Source of the DNA: Octopus sinensis | Taxonomy: Eukaryota | Direction of reading: 5' to 3' | Length of the DNA stretch: 64,000 nt | NCBI RefSeq assembly: GCF_006345805.1 | Contig: NC_042997.1 | Location: 103,540,001 to 103,604,000 of the forward strand | Shown here: in pieces, positions 56,850-64,000 of the stretch | Position numbering within the stretch: the first letter of the stretch is position 1 | Layout of the letters: every line of letters begins with the position of its first letter | Program-made: the position numbers and the translations under genes | Notes under the pieces: generated by a model | Told to the model about the DNA's origin: nothing | The model's input: the letters and a program-made list of their open reading frames with translations, nothing else | Databases searched by the model: none

Positions 56850-58709
56850 TGTATGTATGTATGTATGTATGTATGTGTGTGATTACTAGTCATCTCGCTT
56901 CCGCCTGTCTCTAGGTACTAATAACAGAGACCGGTTACTCGTATAGTATAAGCGTTTATCTCTACAATCCAATAACCTACCGCTCTCTGTCTATGGTGAC
57001 CTTATTTATCATTTCATATACTGAAAGTCCCATGGCGATGAAATGACAGGGAAGGCGCTCGAGCTAGTTGATAGATATCTGATGAAAACAACAGCAAATG
57101 TGACGTCAAAGATAGGACTAGATAACCTAGAAAGTAACTGGTGAATTTGAATACTAGCAAAATTCTATAACTTAAAGTTTATATAAATATCTTGTGTTTA
57201 TGGGCATGTAAGCATGAGTAAATATGCTCCCAAACATTTGTATTTGAGTATGCGGTTGTGAAACTCTATGTACTGCCAGTGTATATGTATGCTCTATACT
57301 ACGGACAAATTTTCAGTCATTCTTACTATAGAATTTTCTTAGGTTGTTTTGATATCTGCATACTCTCTTGTTCTTTGTGTCTTTCGCTCGCTAACACCAT
57401 TTATCGCCATCCAGCTTTTCAGTTGACGTCCACCTTTAGCCTTGCTTAAAACTTCAGCTCTCTTAACTACACTCTTTCATTTATAACTTTCTTCTCTTCC
57501 TTCATATCACACCACCACTCTCTAGTCTAACTTTCTCCCTCATTCCTCATATAATCCGTCCATTAACAAGAAATTCCATTTTTCTCAAATATCTAAAAAC
57601 ACCCTTTTGGCAACGAATACCTACTCGGCTTCAGCTCTTTGCTCCTTTCTCCTTGCTCCTCCTTTCTCAGCTTCCAGTTATCCTGCTTTTGTCCACTCGT
57701 ACCCCAGACCTCTGAGTCTCTATCACCACATCTCTCACTGCTTTCTTCATTCATACAACCCATCACTATTTTAGTTCAAATTTTAAACATTTACTAGTCT
57801 AAAGCCAGAGTAACAACTCTACTTTCCCTTTCTCTCGTCCCTCCCTCTTTCTTTCCGTAATTTCTCTCAAATGAAAGGCAAAACCCCGAAACGTTAGTTT
57901 CTTCACTTCTCATATCAAACTTACCAATCAATCTCTCTTACAGACCAAGTGTCGTCTATGCTGACCGCTACCGCATCGTTCGTGTACCAGGTTTTATTGT
58001 AATTTCCTTCCTCACTCGTTTGCAACGATTTACAGAAGTTAAGAAAATGGTGAATATTAAAATGTTGTCATGACAGTTCTGTTCTTGATAAACATACGGC
58101 AGTTATGTCGAGAAAAAAGACAAAAACAAATTTCATAAAACACAAAACCTAGTCAAAAAAAATAAATAAGACAACAAAATAAAAGAAAAAGGAAAAAATG
58201 ATTAGATATAGGTGAATAATTTAACTTGTATTTGTTGGTTTGTGTGTATGTATGTGTGTGTGTGTGCATATATATGTGTGCAATTATATATGTGTGTGTA
58301 TGTACGTACATGTATGCATGTATGCAACGTACGTACGTATGTGTGTGTGCATATAAGTGTATGTGTGCGCGCGCGTGTATGTATGCATCTATTTGTGTGT
58401 GTACCTGTGTGTGTGTGTGTGTTTGTGTTTACCTGTCAATTTGGTTGCGTGTGTTAGCGTGATTACTTATGTGTTTACGTGTTTTGTTGATATCGCTTGA
58501 ATTCGAGTTGTGATGATTAACATACGAACTGTCATCCAGTGTTTGGATGGCTAGTTGATGTTAGTGGGGGATGGTGGTGTTGTGTACAGTATTGGAGATG
58601 CTGGTGCTGGTTCCGTGGTAGTGCGTGTGATGTGTTGGGGGCGGGTGGGAGTGGAATTTTATTTATTTTGTCTTGATAGCAGTGTTGAGTGGTGTAATAT
58701 GGGGAACAG

Positions 58710-59096
58710 GGAGGCGCAATGGCCCAGTGGTTAGGGCAGCGGACTCGCGGTCATAGGATCGCGGTTTCGATTCCCAGACCGGGCGTTGTGAGTGTTTATT
58801 GAGCGAAAACACCTAAAAGCTCCACGAGGCTCCGGCAGGGGATGGTGGTGATCTCTGCTGTACTCTTTCACCACAACTTTCTCTCACTCTTACTTCCTGT
58901 TTCTGTTGTACCTGTATTTCAAAGGGCCGGCTTTGTCACTCTCTGTGTCACGCTGAATATCCCCGAGAACTACGTTAAGGGTGCACGTGTCTGTGGAGTG
59001 CTCAGCCACTTACACGTTAATTTCACGAGCAGGCTGTTCCGTTGATTCGGATCAACCGGAACCCTCATCGTCGTAACCGACGGAGTGCTTCCATCC
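58710..59096 (+). mobile_element. tRNA-derived SINE family D with perfect 14-bp TSD
   Basis: tggcccagtggttaggg A box, ggtttcgattccc B box; aatatggggaacag at 58696-58709 and 59097-59110. Confidence 0.92.
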
Positions 59097-59486
59097 AATA
59101 TGGGGAACAGAGAGCGAGTTCAGTTTTTGCTGTGAGACTGGTGGGTATAGTCGAATGCAGAGGGAGGGACCGAGATATGAAATATCTGACTTCAAAAAGA
59201 CTAGTAAATAAGCAAGTGGAATTAGAAATAATACTAACATATGTACACATATGCACGTATGTGAATGTATGTGTCTATAAAATGTGTTTGTGTAGGTCAG
59301 TCTATAAGTTATACGCAAATAGACATTAACCAATAGACAGTAACCATTGTACCTAGTAAACGACTAGAGATATACAACTTCAAGACAGAGTAGACATATA
59401 ACGATACTCATATACAAATATTATTATATGAAAATACTCATCTACTATAATATTGAGCTACATACATTCATATATATATATATATA

Positions 59487-59589
<103 letters not shown>

Positions 59590-59811
59590 GGATCCAAGGA
59601 TCGAGATGTGGAAAGAAAGTTAACTTCAAGCAATACGTCGTAAATATATAAAACAACTTCCAAGGACAATAGTTGTTCATTGAGATGGAAGGTTGTGGAT
59701 TTTTTTCGTATCGAAGTACGATAAACAGAAATAAGTTCTATTTATATTTCACGATAGGCAACCAGTGTTGCCGGGTGTGCGAATAAGAATGCAAGATTTA
59801 AGAAATGGACC

Positions 59812-60124
59812 AGATAAGATTCGGGCTACATATGTTTCATAGCGAGCGGAGCCTCAGAAATGATAAATATCCAAGCGAGGTGTATAGCGCAGGCTACTCT
59901 TCAGGCCAAGGATATCTTGATAAAATGAAAGTTTACATTGTCGCTATGGAAGATTCTATCAGAATCATCCATGTGTTTAATATGTACCTCCTTGTGACAA
60001 TGTAAACTTTCATTTTATCAAGGTATTCTTGGCCTGAAGAGAAACCTGAGGTATACGCCTCGCTTCGATATTTAACACTTCTGAGGTTCCGGTCGCTATG
60101 AAACATATGAAGCCCAGATCTTAT
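59812..60124. repeat. Foldback with two long-stem-II HHR motifs
   Basis: Minus 59824-59907: ggc-CTGAAGA-gtagc...gctat-GAAA-catatg-TA-gcc; plus copy 60031-60114 has the cleavage triplet mutated. Confidence 0.8.
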
Positions 60125-60166
60125 CTACTCCATTCCTTAACCCTTGAATACACACACACACGCACA

Positions 60167-60205
<39 letters not shown>

Positions 60206-60363
60206 ACACACACACATACACACACATACACAACACATACACACACAGAGGTGAGCACATAAGTGCAAAACAAGGTGGAAAAAATATCAAAGGTAGAATA
60301 ATATACTTTTTATTAAAGCTGCAATATTATCATAAAACTGTTACTCAGAGTTTCACGTTCCCG

Positions 60364-60403
<40 letters not shown>

Positions 60404-60553
60404 TAGATAAATGAATTATCTTATTACGGATAATTCGAAAGATAACCGATACCTGGGTAGCAAACTCACAACAGAAAGAACACGGTTGAAGTTACGACCA
60501 TAGGGCATATACTCCGTGCCTTAGTGCGGAAATTTGAAGTTTAATTTAATATA

Positions 60554-61056
<503 letters not shown>

Positions 61057-62699
61057 AATACATTCATATTCATATGTTCATACGAAGACACTCATTCACA
61101 GGTACATATTTATTAGTATACACACTTGAAAAGCCTTTTTATACACACATAAATAGTGTGTGTACCCATTTATAATATTTAGACAAATGGGAAGAAGCAT
61201 GATGTGTATGTAAGGTTTTGTCTCAGACAAACTTCTTAAAAAGTCTTCTAAATTATAAATACAGGCCTTCGTGTTTATAATCCAGAAGACCTTTGTCGCT
61301 AGACTCGATGTTTCGAATTGAATTGGTCTCCTCAGGGACGAATATTCCTTATGTTCTCTTATAAAAAGAATACACTAGATGTTCTTAGCTAATCTGAAAA
61401 TGCTTGATCTGATATAGAAAGCTGTAAAAAAACCATTAACTAATCTGTGCGAAATATTACCCAGGCTAGGATTAAATTAATAGGCGTATTTGAAGCAGCA
61501 TTAGATTAAAATACCAGTGTGTATACATATATTTCTATTACACATCCATGTGTAAACATATCTAGTGTGGCTGATACCTCTTTTTCCGTTCACGGAAATT
61601 TTGTATATAAAGACAGGTAATTACATCTACCTGTATATAGTGTTGGCTGAAATCTATAAATATATTTCTCCTGTACATCAGTATAGCACTGAAATAAAAA
61701 GCTGATGATGCATCAGCTTTTAAGTGGTTGAATTAGCTGCCAAAAATGACTTAAATTGACCAATACTATTTACTTAAGACCTTAGTAATAGTTTATGCAC
61801 AGTGATTCCGTGGACAGTTAAAGAAGGTCCTCGGTCACAGATGAAATCCCAACACACTGTTGAGATTAGTTCGATTGACTGATTTATTCTATCGACGAAG
61901 ATATTGCATTTAAAGATAACTGTCTAAACACAGTATTGGTTAAAATCTATAGATATACTCCGACGTACACTAGTCATTTAAACTAGCTATTTAAATGCGT
62001 TATATATGCAAATCAGGCTATCCGATTTACCTAACTCTTAGTAATATCTGGTCTGTAAGCAGTGTCTCTGTGGAGTGTTAAATAGAGAATTCGGTCGTAG
62101 AAACTGGTCTGGCTTGTTCCACTTTTTCTGTCATTGAAAATGATATTATACATAAAGACAAACTGCATACTGCTGTCTACTCACCCAGTGTCAATTAAAA
62201 TCTATAGATATATCTAATTTCATCGGAAACTCTTTGTCTAACTCAAAAAGGGGATGCGTGAGTTGCGAGCTCATTTCTCTATAAACATACTCACGCGCAA
62301 ATATATTTATATGTGTTTTTCTCGCGTGATTTCCACACGCAGTGCTATTATTTTGAATACTCTTCAGTCATGGTTTCTACCTAGCATATAGGTGACCTAG
62401 AATTGAATTAAAAAGTGCCGCTTGATACTGGGCATGAAGGGTAAGTGCTTAAGAGTTCGTGAATCATAAAAGATACTGACAACGATCAAAGGGTTGCCGG
62501 GTTCGAAAAAAGAGTGAACCACGGGCGCGTGCATACACAAGTGTTTGTGTGCGCGCATAAGTGTGCATGTGTGCTTGCGGTGAGTATATATATAAATATG
62601 TATTTGTGAACAAATACATGCATATGTCTATATATACCCATTTAAACACACCGAAACAGCACACAAACATACACACATACAATACCTACACACACACAC

Positions 62700-62751
<52 letters not shown>

Positions 62752-62944
62752 TGTATGAATGGATGCATGTATATATATATAGGTGTACAGATTCACACAT
62801 ACTTAACTTTGTATGTGTGAATGTATATTGAGACTCATATACAGAATTAAACATACAAATACACACATACACATGCATATTCATCAGTTTAATCATATGT
62901 ACTGAGACATAAGCCTGCGGATGCTTAAGTATTAAATAACGCAC

Positions 62945-63053
<109 letters not shown>

Positions 63054-63514
63054 CCTTCTTATTTATAAGTTCATCTGTTTATAGATGCATCACACATACA
63101 CACATTCATGCACACCCCCACACACATGTACACCCACACACCCAAGTGCATATGTGCATGCATGCACACACATACATACGCGACATTTGTATGTATGCAT
63201 GTGCTACTTATCGTGCCCTTTCCTTCTGTAGACAAGACTAAAAGATACGAAACTTCTCATATTTCAATGGATATCAGCCAAGCCCAGTTGGCCAATCTTG
63301 ACCAACCGTCTATCGGATTATTCGTCACGCTAGCTCATTACCATAACTGGACTGTTTAGCTGCTTGAGTTTTGTTACTGATATCCACACTATTAGTCTTC
63401 TCAGTTAATTCATTGTATTTGCTCTTTGCATTTGTATATCTCAGCCTTGCGTTCGAATTCGGTTTCAAATAAATATAAACTCTATTGGAATAGTAATGTA
63501 ATTTCTTGTATTTA

Positions 63515-63925
63515 CTGTTTTTGTTTCAGGCATTGGACTGTGGTCATGCTAGGAGCACTAACGTAAATCGCTCCCAGTACAATTTTTAAAAAAATAGTTC
63601 TGTCCGTCCCTTTTTTGCCGAGCCGCTGGTTTATGGGGATTTAAACGAACCATCATCATTGTCAAGCGGTGGAACAAACACAAAGACACACTTATACATA
63701 CATATGCATACATACTTACATACATACACACGTACACACACAGACAGACACACACACATACAATATATGCTCATAGTTTCCATCCACCAAATTTACTCTC
63801 CAGACTTTGGTAGGCCCGGCACTGGAGTAGAAGACATTTGCTCAATATACAGCACAGTAGAACTGAACCAGAAACCACATAGTTACAATGCATACTTCTT
63901 AACCGTACAGACATGCTTGCGCATA
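63515..63925 (-). mobile_element. SINE family A (old, diverged)
   Basis: Reverse complement similarity to family A tail and head. Confidence 0.7.
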
Positions 63926-64000
63926 GGCGTAACATTACTGAATGAATTCAAACCTGCGATGTCTTTTTGAATCATATTTAAACACAAGCAGTCTTTGCGA

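Overview
AT-rich, microsatellite-dense animal genomic DNA. The repeat repertoire (several tRNA-derived SINE families, CR1-type and R4/Dong-type LINEs, Tc1/mariner/pogo fossils, MITEs, long TA/CA/TATG/TAA tracts) resembles an octopus genome; this assignment is an inference. I found no host protein-coding gene, so the window looks intronic or intergenic, and most listed ORFs are microsatellite artefacts. Recognisable coding material is all transposon-derived: an uninterrupted 504-aa CR1-like RT, a broken R4/Dong element, a full-length Tc1 with about 200-bp TIRs, and mariner, maT and Tigger remnants. The most notable signal, read by eye, is a set of more than 12 type-I hammerhead ribozyme (HHR)-like motifs from about 8 families. 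The complete ones read CUGANGA / stem II / GAAA / palindromic stem III / UH, and many have an unusually long, branched stem II. Four loci are inverted foldback pairs with the same polarity. They probably derive from Penelope-like element pLTRs or retrozyme-like non-autonomous RNAs. Coordinates were counted manually and may be off by a few bases.
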